From a virus, in the IMG/VR virus record IMGVR_UViG_3300028384_000422, positions 1-64,000 of that record: a stretch of DNA of 64,000 nt; one strand, written 5' to 3'. The translations under genes were made by a program, and so were the position numbers. The notes below the pieces were generated by a model. It did no database searches, was not told the DNA's origin, and saw nothing but the letters and a program-made list of their open reading frames with translations. This document shows, piece after piece, positions 55,140 to 63,439 of the stretch (the first letter of the stretch is position 1; every line of letters starts with the position of its first letter).

Positions 55140-55772
55140 TTAGTCTTCTTGTCCAGCATCTTGTGCAGGTTGTTGTGCTGGCATAACGTTAAAGTTTGCA
55201 CTGATTGTAATTCTAGTTTCAGTGCCACGATGAGGTGACACTAAGTGCAAATAATGTGCTGGAAAAATGATAACATCTCCCTTCTTTACTTCGGGAACTG
55301 TTACCTGCTGTGTTGGTGCATTTAATACATCAAGTCCCTGAGATTTATACAGTTGATGTTCAGTGTTGATGAACTTAAATGCACATCCATCATCATCATT
55401 TATAGTATGGAAGTACACCATACTCAGATTATTTCTTGGATCACAGTGATCGTGTGCTTCCTGTGAATCGCCTGAGTTATATTTACTAACCCATGCATTC
55501 ATTGGCAGGATTTCAATATCAGTTTGTGATCCGACTTCTTCGATAAACTTATCAAAGATTGGACGAATTACGTCCAACCACTCACCATAAGGTGCAGATT
55601 CATCAGGTTGAGTGGACCAAGATGTCTGCACATTACAATTCCAATCCTCAGGTTGATGAAAGTTATTTTCGTTTGAGATATACTCACGAAACAACTCATC
55701 AATGATTAGTTGAGACCTAGTTCCTAACTGAGATTGGAAATACCACTTAGGATTGAAAACTTGAATAGTCAT
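55140..55772 (-). CDS. 2OG-Fe(II) oxygenase (TIGR02466-like)
   Basis: AWVSKY..GDSQEAHDH, LSMVYF, GDVIIFPAHYLHLVSPH, RITISANF. Confidence 0.85.
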   Translation of the reverse strand: MTIQVFNPKWYFQSQLGTRSQLIIDELFREYISNENNFHQPEDWNCNVQTSWSTQPDESAPYGEWLDVIRPIFDKFIEEVGSQTDIEILPMNAWVSKYNSGDSQEAHDHCDPRNNLSMVYFHTINDDDGCAFKFINTEHQLYKSQGLDVLNAPTQQVTVPEVKKGDVIIFPAHYLHLVSPHRGTETRITISANFNVMPAQQPAQDAGQED

Positions 55773-55960
55773 CGATAAAGGTCAGTCAAATGTAATTTGT
55801 CAACAATACCTTCAACCTCTTTCATTTTGGTAAGGTATGAAGATTCAGGGATCATTTTATCCCTATAGTATCGTTTCTGCAAGTCAGAGACATAAAGAAA
55901 CAATGCATCTTTTAAGATCATTTTCTCATCAGAGTCAAGGATTGCGGAGTGAAGTATCAT
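55769..55960 (-). CDS. Hypothetical protein (63 aa)
   Basis: AGGAG RBS; ATGA coupling with the oxygenase. Confidence 0.72.
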   Translation of the reverse strand: MILHSAILDSDEKMILKDALFLYVSDLQKRYYRDKMIPESSYLTKMKEVEGIVDKLHLTDLYR

Positions 55961-55963
55961 TGA

Positions 55964-56137
55964 TTATCTCCTTAGAGTTTTGAGATAGTCAAGCACATAA
56001 CTCCTGATGTACATGAGTTCATGGTAACATTTTTGATTGTGAGCACATTGACGCAATTCATGATCAGGTTTGTGAACCGATTCCATGAAAAGGTCTAGTC
56101 CTCTATTAAATTTTTCGTGTTGAGATTCTCCGTCCAT
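55964..56137 (-). CDS. Hypothetical protein (57 aa)
   Basis: MDGESQHEKFNRGLDLFMESVHKPDHELRQCAHNQKCYHELMYIRSYVLDYLKTLRR. Confidence 0.72.
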   Translation of the reverse strand: MDGESQHEKFNRGLDLFMESVHKPDHELRQCAHNQKCYHELMYIRSYVLDYLKTLRR

Positions 56138-56140
56138 GAT

Positions 56141-56221
56141 TCATACTGAGTGAGTGTAATCGAGGTCGTAGTCTACCTCAGAATAGTCATCAAATTCTAG
56201 TTCTTCATATTCTTTTTCCAT
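56141..56221 (-). CDS. Acidic micropeptide (26 aa)
   Basis: MEKEYEELEFDDYSEVDYDLDYTHSV; fills the gap between neighbours. Confidence 0.5.
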   Translation of the reverse strand: MEKEYEELEFDDYSEVDYDLDYTHSV

Positions 56222-56228
56222 TTCATAA

Positions 56229-56426
56229 TCAATGCCACCCATCGTTATCATAGTCTGTGTCGATGTTCTTTCGACCTTTCTTTGATCCTTTGGTTGAGAA
56301 GTTTTCGTCATTGTTGTCTCCCCAGTTTGAACGATTGGTGCCACCTTTTGAACGCTTGTCACGAATGGATTTGCCGAAGGAATAGTATCCTCGCTCGTCT
56401 CCACCCCGCCGATAAGTCTTGCCCAT
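56229..56426 (-). CDS. Basic low-complexity hypothetical protein (65 aa)
   Basis: MGKTYRRGGDERGYYSFGKSIRDKR... Confidence 0.68.
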   Translation of the reverse strand: MGKTYRRGGDERGYYSFGKSIRDKRSKGGTNRSNWGDNNDENFSTKGSKKGRKNIDTDYDNDGWH

Positions 56427-56470
56427 GAGTTTGAAACGTGAACGAATAGTAAACTACAGTGTTATATATC

Positions 56471-56686
56471 TCAGTCGATGTTACGATAAATGGATGCATA
56501 TTCATCCTTATCGCTAGTATCTTCTGGGATAGGGAACACTTGAGTATGCAATTCTTCAAAGCAATAACCTACACCCTTCAAGAAGTCTTGCGTCTTCTCT
56601 ACTACTTCAGGGAGCAAAGTTGCTTCAAATTCTTTAGTTGTGACAGTAGAATCCTCATCAGTACAGATGAGAGTGAATTGAGGCAT
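56471..56686 (-). CDS. Hypothetical protein (71 aa)
   Basis: GGAG RBS; first gene after a promoter; EFEATLLPEVVEKTQDFLKGVGY. Confidence 0.75.
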   Translation of the reverse strand: MPQFTLICTDEDSTVTTKEFEATLLPEVVEKTQDFLKGVGYCFEELHTQVFPIPEDTSDKDEYASIYRNID

Positions 56687-56709
56687 GGTTCTCCGTTGAA
56701 TACCCCAGT

Positions 56710-56766
56710 ATCATATCACAAAAAAAGGGGGTTGTATACCCCCTGTGCCACCTCTGTAAGCGTCAC
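56710..56766 (-). promoter_or_regulatory. Early promoter TATACA-N17-TATGAT (extended -10) with palindrome GTGACGC-N8-GTGGCAC
   Basis: -10 56710-56715, -35 56733-56738, palindrome 56745-56766. Confidence 0.72.
56720..56743 (-). terminator. Rho-independent terminator closing the late fibre cassette
   Basis: GGGGG-TATACAA-CCCCC-TTTTTTT. Confidence 0.82.
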
Positions 56767-57119
56767 TCAGACGGATAGGCGTTCTTAACACTCTTGAGAG
56801 CACCAAACCACCTAGATGTATCTTTGCCAGCGATTCTGCCCTCATCCATATCATGCCAGAGCAAATCTAATTGCTCTTCAACAGTAGGATAATCTAATCG
56901 TCTTGATAAATCATACGAAGGAGCAGGAAATGTTCTTTTACTGATAACTTCGGTCTCTTCACTATATTGATAATCAGGTGGTTGTAATCCTTCCTCAATA
57001 GTTTCAGGACCTTCCACCCATGTAAGTTCGGGAGTAACTTCAAATCTTACAGATTCGTCTCCTTCCTTAAACTCAATTACTTGTCCAGATGGACCGTGAA
57101 CTAATGCTTGATATGCCAT
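56763..57119 (-). CDS. Putative tail-fibre assembly chaperone (118 aa)
   Basis: ATG at 57119 (MAYQALVHG); RRLDYPTVEEQLDLLWHD...VKNAYP pattern typical of ORFs that follow fibre genes. Confidence 0.65.
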   Translation of the reverse strand: MAYQALVHGPSGQVIEFKEGDESVRFEVTPELTWVEGPETIEEGLQPPDYQYSEETEVISKRTFPAPSYDLSRRLDYPTVEEQLDLLWHDMDEGRIAGKDTSRWFGALKSVKNAYPSE

Positions 57120-57124
57120 GAAAC

Positions 57125-57946
57125 TTAGGAATAATTGTATACGATAACGCAACCTGCACCGCCGCGACTATTATTGTGTGCAAAACCATTCTGTGAATAG
57201 TAACCATAACCTCCACCAGATCCCCACTGACCATGGGTAATCTCTTCTTGGTTGTTATAGTAATGGTGTGATGATCCTGCAGAGTGCCAGAATGATGATC
57301 CAGCACCACCTTCTCTGTTGTGACCGTGAGACATCTCACCACCACCGCCAGGTACATTAATATCACCACCAGAAGCACTTCCGCCAGGTCCACCTTGGTG
57401 GGGAACATCAGTTTGTCCACCTTGTCCACCACCAGCAGTACAATAAGAACCGAAAGATGAAGTGCCACCTGATGATCCCCTGCCACTATTTCTAGCATAA
57501 CTACCACCAGCGCCGTAAGTATAAGCGACTGATGATACACCAGAGACATCAATCCACTTGATAGCAGTAGCACCACCACCGCCACCTGCGCCACGGTAGC
57601 TGTTATCATTAACTCGTGCTCCACCACCACCGCCAGTGACATATACTAAAACATAATTACATCCAGCAGGTTTTGTCCATGTTCCACTACCACCAGTAGT
57701 AGAGTTAGAGTTCCAAGTTCCATTCTGTGATGTATATACGTTCATGCCTAACAATCTACCACCCATAGCAGCGGCAGCATAATTAGTACCATCGAACACC
57801 AATGCTTGCCCATTGGCAGCAGACATAACGTTGCTATGCACCCCAGGGACATCAGATAGACTATTAATACCTGTAATTTGTGTAGTGGAATCACCCGTAA
57901 ATGATGTAGTTCCAACATTCAAGGTTCCTACATTTAATTCTGACAT
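57125..57946 (-). CDS. Gly-rich fibre/adhesin-like virion protein
   Basis: SGTWTKPAG..VLVYVTGGGGG..GGGGG..GGTSSFGSY..GAGCVIVY polyglycine pattern; late promoter upstream. Confidence 0.78.
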   Translation of the reverse strand: MSELNVGTLNVGTTSFTGDSTTQITGINSLSDVPGVHSNVMSAANGQALVFDGTNYAAAAMGGRLLGMNVYTSQNGTWNSNSTTGGSGTWTKPAGCNYVLVYVTGGGGGARVNDNSYRGAGGGGGATAIKWIDVSGVSSVAYTYGAGGSYARNSGRGSSGGTSSFGSYCTAGGGQGGQTDVPHQGGPGGSASGGDINVPGGGGEMSHGHNREGGAGSSFWHSAGSSHHYYNNQEEITHGQWGSGGGYGYYSQNGFAHNNSRGGAGCVIVYNYS

Positions 57947-57955
57947 GAATTATGT

Positions 57956-58291
57956 TTATTCTTCACTCTTATTTATCTTCTTTACTTGTCTATTGCTCCA
58001 AAATGCCAACAGGATAATAGATGCATAAAAAATAGTATCATCCAACATCACAAGAAAGAAGATAACTGATCCACCATACTTGATAACATCAGGCAGAGGA
58101 GAGATTACCTTTGCAAAGAACTTACGATAGGATTTCTCAAACTTGAAATAACCAAGAGCACCAAGTGTGACCACAAACTCACTGTATGGAATTACAAAAT
58201 ACAATGACAAAATAATAAACAAGGGCCAATAATGTCTCTCAGGGATCTTAGCGACCAATTTGACATAACGACCAATTAAATTCTTAAACAT
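57956..58291 (-). CDS. Small integral membrane protein
   Basis: 111 aa; two internally similar hydrophobic hairpins (FIILSLYFVIPYSEF / SVIFFLVMLDDTIFY). Confidence 0.72.
   Translation of the reverse strand: MFKNLIGRYVKLVAKIPERHYWPLFIILSLYFVIPYSEFVVTLGALGYFKFEKSYRKFFAKVISPLPDVIKYGGSVIFFLVMLDDTIFYASIILLAFWSNRQVKKINKSEE
57970..57976 (-). promoter_or_regulatory. T4-like late promoter (ATAAATA)
   Basis: 23 nt upstream of the ATG at 57946. Confidence 0.7.
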
Positions 58292-58781
58292 AATTTAGAT
58301 TCAAAACCATACGATATTCATCAGTTGTAGATGTTCCTGTGTGCCTCATTGAGTTAGGAAACTCTACAAATCTATTGCCGACACTTTCTACTTTAGTGCC
58401 ATCTTCAAACATTGTGTATCCATCACAGGTGTTCAAATAATAGATCGATGTCTTAACATAAGGGCGATCTTCTGCCTCTGTAATATCATTATGCAGTCCA
58501 TGTTCAACAATACGATCCGTACCTGTCATAAAGTTTGCTTTTATCTTCACAATCGACAGGGGTTGAATCTTATCAAGTAGAGGATAAATGACCTGCATAT
58601 AATCTGTCTGTGGTGCATGATTTGTATAAAACATATGAATCATTTGAACATTTCTCTTGTAGTTCTGAGGACTATCACTGACAATCTTTGAACTAAACCA
58701 AGGGAAATTAAATGCTAACATCTGATTACGGATGTTATTATATGTTTGTTCAGGTAAGTAATTATCAATAACGTTGATCAT
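58284..58781 (-). CDS. 2OG-Fe(II) oxygenase-like protein
   Basis: VIDNYL start, HxD (HGLHND), TSIYYLN..DGYT.F, distal H (RHTG) and R (RMVLNLNY). Confidence 0.8.
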   Translation of the reverse strand: MINVIDNYLPEQTYNNIRNQMLAFNFPWFSSKIVSDSPQNYKRNVQMIHMFYTNHAPQTDYMQVIYPLLDKIQPLSIVKIKANFMTGTDRIVEHGLHNDITEAEDRPYVKTSIYYLNTCDGYTMFEDGTKVESVGNRFVEFPNSMRHTGTSTTDEYRMVLNLNYV

Positions 58782-60499
58782 TTTTCAACGACTGCAATAT
58801 ACAAACCATTCCACCAATCCTTGTCATCTTCTACGATCTCTGTCCTGATAATTCTGTCGTAAACAACATCTTTACCCTTCAAGAATTCTTTTGCGTTATC
58901 AACAGCACCATTAAAGTTTGCATCATCAACAACTAAGATGTATGAATCTTCTGCTTGATTGTGAATATGTTCTAAGTTAGGAATCATATTGTCTTCAATC
59001 TCTGCATCATAGAAGATAACATTAGGTTTGAAGTCTGGATTAAACTCCATCTGTAGGATAGGTTTAACACAGAAACCAACTGAACAATCTGTATTGAAAT
59101 ACTTCTCAGCGTTCTGAATAAACTCATCGATAGGATTATCAATGGTATATTTGTCAAATAGATTCTTATTTTTAGGACGAATACATCCTTCAGAGAAATC
59201 ATCAATAGCATATGCTTTTACTGCCTCGTTACCCATCAGAGCAGCAAACAACGTGCTGCCTGTGTAACAACCAACATCTGCATAGATTGTACCACGCTCT
59301 GAACATAGATTGTTCAAGAAATGTCTAACTTTATTAGAAGACAGACCAAGAACATTATATCCATCGGGTTTGAAGTTGGAGTTATCGTCCACAGCATTAT
59401 CAATGGCACGGATGACTCTATCTACCAGAGGATTCATTTCACGCTTTTGTTTCTTCAGTCGGAATTCTACCACAGTTTCACAATAGTTACAATCCCAACA
59501 GTCAAACTTACATGTCTTGATCTTTTCACGCCATTTGTTGATAGGTGCATCGGGCATATCAACATCCTGCATGTAATCCTTAAACTCAGGATACATTAAA
59601 CTACAAGTGGGATCATCCCATCGCTTAATAAGATCCATGGACTCTAATAGTCGCATAGTATCTTCTCTACCATGTAGTTTGAATACGTCAATAACATCTA
59701 AGAATTCTTTCCAATCACTCTTCCATGGGGGAAGATTAGCAACCTTAAGTTCATGTGCAGGATCAACTGCGTCCCATCGTGAACATGAAATACGACTGAT
59801 TTCACTGTTGAAGTATTGCGGTTCTGTTCCTTGTCGTGTGCTGTTGTACTGATAATGTTCAGGCATGATAGGACAACCACCCCAACAATGTTCATTAGCA
59901 AGTAATGACAACTCTATAGGAGTTCCTTTCTCTGCACAATATTCTTTTGCTTGTTTGATACGATCCAATGCTTCTCTGTCTCGCATAACATCACGATCCA
60001 GATTAATATAATTGAATCCAGCACTAGCGAGAGTGACAATCTCGTTAGGTTTGACTACCTCACGAATAATAGTATTCTTGATCTTTAGTTCAGGATATTC
60101 TTTTTGGATTTGTCCTGTCATCACCCATGATGTATGAGGAATAGTTGCAGTCCTAACACCAGCATCATACAAGAACTTAAAGTTTTTAATAAACTCATCT
60201 AAGTTCTTTTGATCTGGACGCACCCAGATGTTATTAAACGTAGCAGACAAAGGAATACCAGTCTTCTCACCAATCACCAGAGCATTGATAGCAACCTGCT
60301 GTGCATCTGTCTCTGTACGAAATACATCACCCATCGCATCTTGCGAGAATGGTGGCATCCTAGAGGTGAAATATAGATCGTAAATTAGATGTTGATGCTG
60401 TAAAAGGAAGGGGACTAACCCTTCCTCAATATAATCAAGATCCAGTTTCGGATTTATCGGAAGACTGAAGATAGCGGTCTTCAACGTTGTTGTTTGCAT
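58778..60499 (-). CDS. U32-family (Fe-S hydroxylase-like) domain fused to a class I SAM methyltransferase
   Basis: N-terminal: INLDRDVMRD, LLANEHCWGGCP, ISC, FKLHGRE, CKFDCWDCNYC. C-terminal: YADVGCYTGST, AIDDF, IFYDA, ILVVDDAN. Confidence 0.78.
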   Translation of the reverse strand: MQTTTLKTAIFSLPINPKLDLDYIEEGLVPFLLQHQHLIYDLYFTSRMPPFSQDAMGDVFRTETDAQQVAINALVIGEKTGIPLSATFNNIWVRPDQKNLDEFIKNFKFLYDAGVRTATIPHTSWVMTGQIQKEYPELKIKNTIIREVVKPNEIVTLASAGFNYINLDRDVMRDREALDRIKQAKEYCAEKGTPIELSLLANEHCWGGCPIMPEHYQYNSTRQGTEPQYFNSEISRISCSRWDAVDPAHELKVANLPPWKSDWKEFLDVIDVFKLHGREDTMRLLESMDLIKRWDDPTCSLMYPEFKDYMQDVDMPDAPINKWREKIKTCKFDCWDCNYCETVVEFRLKKQKREMNPLVDRVIRAIDNAVDDNSNFKPDGYNVLGLSSNKVRHFLNNLCSERGTIYADVGCYTGSTLFAALMGNEAVKAYAIDDFSEGCIRPKNKNLFDKYTIDNPIDEFIQNAEKYFNTDCSVGFCVKPILQMEFNPDFKPNVIFYDAEIEDNMIPNLEHIHNQAEDSYILVVDDANFNGAVDNAKEFLKGKDVVYDRIIRTEIVEDDKDWWNGLYIAVVEK

Positions 60500-61322
60500 A
60501 ATCAGTTAATACTCCAGAGGTGTCAAACATTTGAGGTCCTTGACCTTTTAACATATTCTCTACTTTTTCTTCTGCTGCTGCTTTAATCTTACCGACATTG
60601 ATATTCATAGCAGTAGAATATGTCATTGCCAGATCAGTCACTGCTGCTTGATCTTCAGGACTCATCATAAGCATACTATCTAGATTGCCTGCTTGAATCC
60701 TACCAGTGGTAAGAAGATCGATGGAGCATTGTTTTGCTAAACGAGCAATCCAATATTTAACCTCTTCACCTTCCTCATTTTCTTTTGCGAGGATGGTTGC
60801 CTTGAGTGTCTCCAGATCTTCGAGATCAACATTCTCTCCTGTGCGCTCTTTGATGATACGCAACAGACCTTCAATCTCTCTCTTACACTGACGCAGTTTG
60901 TTGTGCCATACTTGTTTATCGAGAAGCAAAATCTCGATTTCATATTCTTTATCTTGCTTGAAATATGGATCTTCCTCAGTCTCTATTTCATGGCGAATTC
61001 TAGCGATATCGTTGAGTGTTCGCTTATATGAAATGGTTACTTTCTGGAGAGCATTAAATCGCGTCTGGATCTCCATAATTGCTTGACGCATTTGACGCCA
61101 AGGTGTTACCTGTGAGTTAACAACAAAATATTTGTTTTGATAATCAGTTTGACCAAAGAATTGAGAATCACTCCATCCGACCAATCCTTCATCAAAATCA
61201 GATAAGACCCAGGGATCAATGTTCTCTAGGTCTTCGATTGTTTTAGATAAAGGCAGTCTCTCAGAATCTAATTCCGTACTCAAAAGGTTCTTTTCTGACG
61301 ATGAGTCCGTCTTCATTTTCAA
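60435..61322 (-). CDS. Helical/coiled-coil hypothetical protein of the fibre cassette
   Basis: 295 aa, overlaps both neighbours; TPWRQMRQAIMEI and YWIARLAKQ..IDLLTTGRI; exact start uncertain. Confidence 0.78.
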   Translation of the reverse strand: MKMKTDSSSEKNLLSTELDSERLPLSKTIEDLENIDPWVLSDFDEGLVGWSDSQFFGQTDYQNKYFVVNSQVTPWRQMRQAIMEIQTRFNALQKVTISYKRTLNDIARIRHEIETEEDPYFKQDKEYEIEILLLDKQVWHNKLRQCKREIEGLLRIIKERTGENVDLEDLETLKATILAKENEEGEEVKYWIARLAKQCSIDLLTTGRIQAGNLDSMLMMSPEDQAAVTDLAMTYSTAMNINVGKIKAAAEEKVENMLKGQGPQMFDTSGVLTDYANNNVEDRYLQSSDKSETGS

Positions 61323-62016
61323 TACACCTACCGTAATTTAGACATTGTTGATTTGACATTGAGATTCCGAAGTAATCTTCTAGGAATACATTGACATCAG
61401 CGACATTTGTGATTGCTTTTAATTTAACAATCAACGTCTGTTCTGCAACAGCGAGATCAAAAAGTTTGCCTTTCCACTCACCCTGTTTCTCGACAACTTT
61501 ACCAGCAAACTGTTCAGTTGTCAACCCACGAAGTTCTGCTAACCTATGAATTAACTTAGTTTCGTGACTATTGTCTGCCAAATATGCTTGAGATTCTGCA
61601 AGTTGGTCTCCCCACGTTGCATCTTCAAGACTACTATATGTAGCACGGAGTTCTTGATATCTTTTTTCAAATACTTCTTGCACTGCTAATGCAACTACTT
61701 TCTTCATGAAAGGCAATGTATATTGCTGCTGAATAGCAGAATCAACTGCTACTTTATCTTTTTGTGTAGTCCCTTCTTCACTCTCACCATACTCAGATCT
61801 TTCTGCTCTGTATTCACCCCAGTATCTCTGACCAAAGGTGCCAGTCTTATAATCAAATCTAAGATAATGAATGTATTGAGGAATATATTGGAAGTATTGA
61901 TCTTCCAATTCAAAGACTTCTAGACCTAAGAAGTCACCAATTCTTGTACCCCAGACTTTAATCTGAGGCCATTTCTCTTCATCGAGAACGATAATATCGG
62001 GATTAGTAGTTGCCAT
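61261..62016 (-). CDS. Putative tail-fibre assembly/chaperone protein
   Basis: TGATG coupling to the fibre; ExxTWxxQxxExxAYxAD...LAxxRG...KV pattern seen in phage fibre-assembly proteins. Confidence 0.65.
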   Translation of the reverse strand: MATTNPDIIVLDEEKWPQIKVWGTRIGDFLGLEVFELEDQYFQYIPQYIHYLRFDYKTGTFGQRYWGEYRAERSEYGESEEGTTQKDKVAVDSAIQQQYTLPFMKKVVALAVQEVFEKRYQELRATYSSLEDATWGDQLAESQAYLADNSHETKLIHRLAELRGLTTEQFAGKVVEKQGEWKGKLFDLAVAEQTLIVKLKAITNVADVNVFLEDYFGISMSNQQCLNYGRCIENEDGLIVRKEPFEYGIRF

Positions 62017-63410
62017 CAGAAGTTAGGAATAGTTGTGCCGTAGTTGTATTGTGCGACGCCATTGTCATCAACACCAGAAATAGCAGATGCAGAAGAACAA
62101 TGAGCAGAACTCATGCCACCATGACCAGTCGGAGGTGAAGATCCACCAAGGTTAGTAACACCATCAGTTTGATAGTTCACCTTGAAGGTGTTGTTATTCT
62201 GAGAACCATTATAGTTACCCAAGCAATAACCTTTCCTCATTCCAATTTCAAAGTTTTCCTCACCCATTCTACCGAAGTCAATACCTCTAACCTGAATACC
62301 TGATGTATCATCACACTTTTGATTGCCATTCTGGTTATTGTTACCAGTTCCAACATACATGTGACCTAACATAGTACCAAGAATTTTCTTCCATCCATCA
62401 CCACCAGGTCCATGGTTCCAACTAACCCAAGATTCAGTCTTAAATGTCATTGCTTGACGTGTGCCACCACGCTTATACCATCCTTTTGTTCTAGAGTTAC
62501 CACCCCATGTAGGGTCATCACCACCATCACCATGGTTAGGAGGGAATCCAGATGTTCTCATAACCTCTGTAACAACATTAAATGCATCAGTTCTAGCGTT
62601 ACCACCACCCTGTAGATAGGATATTCCACCAGAATGTTCATAATCTTGGAATGAACCCATCGATCCTCTGTTAACAGTCATATCCCAAGAGTTTTGGTGT
62701 GAGATACCAGATTCAGAGGTCATACTGAAACCAGACGTATAGTTAGAAGAACCTCTATAAGTGTTCTCCATAGAATGGAAGAAGTGTCTATTATCCGAGA
62801 AAGATCCTGCCATATAAGCACCAGATCTATCAAGAGTATCACCTAAGTTTGATGATGTATCTGTAGCATGAACAGTTCTATTGACGTTTCTCCATGGTGA
62901 ACCACTTTGATATCCACCACCAACATATCCATGGGTCCAAATTCTTGCCAATCCCCAATCATTTAGGACACCTTCAAAAGACCAATATGCTTCAGTTCCA
63001 TTGGATTTAAGGACAGCACCCTGAGAATAATCAACACTAAATCTATCGGTAGATTGATTCGGTGTTCCTCCACCGCTACCAGCAATAGGTCCCCATTCGG
63101 GTTGATTTGTGCTGCTATTTAAGGAATATCCCTCAAACGTGCCATCAGTTGTATTATATCGGAACATACCTTGAACAGGTGTTCCAGGGCGTTGAGCAGT
63201 TGTACCAACGGGAACAACAACACTACCCGTTCCAGAAATATCTAAGTTTGATCGCGGATTTGTAGTGTTAATACCAACTTCATTATTCGCACTATCGACA
63301 TACAGCGTGCCCGAATCAAAGTTAAAATTGCCACTAGATTCCAACTGGAATTGTGCCGTTCCGCCACCACCACTTAAAGAAACTACTCTATCTACATTAA
63401 GTTGGGACAT
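62016..63410 (-). CDS. Fibre-like virion protein with C-terminal Gly/aromatic repeat (propeller-like) domain
   Basis: VGINTTNP, VPVGTTAQRP..GMFRYN..FEGY fibre motifs; repeated GY-x-x-GG blocks; late promoter upstream. Confidence 0.78.
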   Translation of the reverse strand: MSQLNVDRVVSLSGGGGTAQFQLESSGNFNFDSGTLYVDSANNEVGINTTNPRSNLDISGTGSVVVPVGTTAQRPGTPVQGMFRYNTTDGTFEGYSLNSSTNQPEWGPIAGSGGGTPNQSTDRFSVDYSQGAVLKSNGTEAYWSFEGVLNDWGLARIWTHGYVGGGYQSGSPWRNVNRTVHATDTSSNLGDTLDRSGAYMAGSFSDNRHFFHSMENTYRGSSNYTSGFSMTSESGISHQNSWDMTVNRGSMGSFQDYEHSGGISYLQGGGNARTDAFNVVTEVMRTSGFPPNHGDGGDDPTWGGNSRTKGWYKRGGTRQAMTFKTESWVSWNHGPGGDGWKKILGTMLGHMYVGTGNNNQNGNQKCDDTSGIQVRGIDFGRMGEENFEIGMRKGYCLGNYNGSQNNNTFKVNYQTDGVTNLGGSSPPTGHGGMSSAHCSSASAISGVDDNGVAQYNYGTTIPNF

Positions 63411-63432
63411 ACCTAGTCTTGTACCTTCGTAT

Positions 63433-63439
63433 TATTTAT
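63433..63439 (-). promoter_or_regulatory. T4-like late promoter (ATAAATA)
   Basis: 22 nt upstream of the ATG at 63410. Confidence 0.75.

Noticed and set aside
48331-56766. Repeated 22-26 bp palindromes as a CRISPR array or integron attC sites
   Set aside because: Spacing is 0.4-2.2 kb and irregular, copies are degenerate and tied to promoters, and no cas or integrase gene is in the window.
46900-56800. tRNA genes in intergenic gaps
   Set aside because: No cloverleaf with a T-loop and acceptor stem was found by eye, and most gaps are filled by small ORFs; tRNAscan-SE would be decisive.
58284-58781. DenV-like endonuclease label for the 165-aa ORF
   Set aside because: The HxD...H...R pattern fits a 2OG-Fe(II) oxygenase; no pyrimidine-dimer glycosylase motif is visible.
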